A stretch of 63,978 nt of DNA, counting the filler, from Octopus bimaculoides (Eukaryota): the NCBI RefSeq assembly GCF_001194135.2. It is 7 parts of 6 records of this genome, joined end to end, with 100 filler letters (N's around TTAATTAATTAA, not from the genome) between each part and the next. Parts side by side here need not be neighbours in the genome. Positions count along the whole stretch, not along the records: positions 62,731 to 63,978 come from NW_026306896.1; 6 more parts are not named here. One strand, 5' to 3'. The notes below the pieces were generated by a model. It saw only the letters and a program-made list of their open reading frames with translations. It was not told the DNA's origin and ran no database searches. Shown piece after piece: positions 62,731-63,978 of the stretch. Position numbers and translations under genes: made by a program. Each line of letters opens with the position of its first letter. Within the stretch, counting starts at the first letter, position 1.

Positions 62731-63978
62731 GAAACTAAAGGAAACTAACGGAAACTAACGAAACTAATGGAAAATAACGGCGACTAACGGAAAGTAACGG
62801 AAAGTAATGCAAACAAACGGAAACTAACGGAAACCAGCGGAAACTAACTGCAACTAACGGAAACTAACGGAAACTAGCGGGAAGTAACGGAAAGTAACGA
62901 AAACTAACAGAAAATAACGGAAACTAACGGAGACTAACGGCAAGAAACGGAAACTAACAGGAACTAACGGGAAGTATCGGAAACTAACGGAAACGAATGG
63001 AAACTCACGGGAAGTAACGGAAAGTAACGAAAACTAACAGAAACTAGCGGAAACTAACGGGAACTAACGGAAAAGAACGGAAACTAACGGGAACTGACGG
63101 AAACTAACGGAGGGTAACGGAAACTAACGGAAACTAACGGAACCTAACGGAAAGTAACGGAGAATAACGGAAACTAGCGGAAACTAACGGGAACTAACGG
63201 GAAATGACGAAAACTAACGGTAACTAACGGGAAGTAACGGAAACTAACGGAGGGTAACGGAAACTAACGGAAGGTAACGGTAAGTAACGGAGAGTAACGG
63301 AAAGTAAGCTAAAGTAACGGAGACTAACGGAGACTAATGGAAATTAACGGAAATAACGGAAACTAACGGAAACTAACGGAAACGAATGGAGACTAACGGA
63401 AACTAATGGAATCTAAAGGAAAGAAGCGGAAATTAGCTGAAACTAACGGAGAGTAACGGTAACTAACGGAAACTAGTAGAGAATAACGGACAATAAGGGA
63501 AACTAACGGAAACTAACGGAAAATTTATGGAAACTAACGGAATGTAACGGAATTAAAGGAAACCAGCGGAAACTAACTGCAACTAACTGCAACTAACGGC
63601 AAGTAACGGAAACTAACGGAAAGTAACGGGAAATAATGGAGACTAACGGAGGGTAACGGAAACTAACGGAAACTAGCGGAAAGTAACGGGAACTAACGGA
63701 AAATAACGGAACCTAAGGGAAACTAACGGAACCTAAGGGAAACTAACGGAAGCTAACGGAAATTAACGGAAACTAACGGAAACGAATTGAAACTGACGGA
63801 AACTAACGGGATGTAACGAAAACTAACGGAAACTAGCGGAAACTAACGGGAACTAACGGAAAAAGACGGAAAGTAACGGAAACTAACGGGAAGTCACGAA
63901 AACTAACGGAGGGTAACGGAAACTAACGGAAAGGAACGGAAATTAACGGAGAGTAAGGGAAAGTAACGGAAACTAACG
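62731..63978 (+). repeat. 10-bp satellite (GGAAACTAAC)n, about 125 diverged copies, running off the window end
   Basis: Continuous array with variants GGAAAGTAAC, GGGAACTAAC, GGAGACTAAC, GGAGGGTAAC, GGAAACTAGC and a few 9-mers. Confidence 0.97.

Noticed and set aside
62731-63978. Satellite as a telomeric repeat or a repetitive protein
   Set aside because: The unit GTTAGTTTCC lacks the TTAGGG expected at mollusc telomeres, is heavily diverged, and has stop codons in all six frames.

Overview
Repeat-saturated, AT-rich animal genomic DNA, most likely an octopus. That assignment is inferred from the SINE and LINE families and the microsatellite load as I recall them from Octopus genomes; it was not checked by search. 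The window is not contiguous: six artificial N44-TTAATTAATTAA-N44 linkers join seven unrelated pieces (1-7568, 7669-25765, 25866-38217, 38318-50120, 50221-57642, 57743-62630, 62731-63978), and many ordinary N gaps are also present. I found no complete protein-coding gene, tRNA, rRNA or CRISPR array. Nearly all listed ORFs are translations of microsatellites or N runs. The real content is: dozens of tRNA-derived SINEs of about four modular families; decayed non-LTR retrotransposons (R4/Dong-like REL-endonuclease, Tx1/L1, RTE, CR1/L2-like); Penelope-like remnants; hAT and mariner remnants and MITEs; one apparently complete non-autonomous Helitron; a 10-bp satellite; and two weak candidate exons. 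The most interesting observations are a ~420-bp foldback with a minimal type I hammerhead ribozyme motif in each arm (25291-25712), spacerless SINE concatemers fused at microhomologies (51012-51934), R4-like LINEs twice sitting tail-to-tail with SINEs on a shared (AAT)n array, a CpG-depleted block that looks like a gene-body methylation footprint, and higher-order structure in the terminal satellite. None of these is demonstrably a new biological system from sequence alone.
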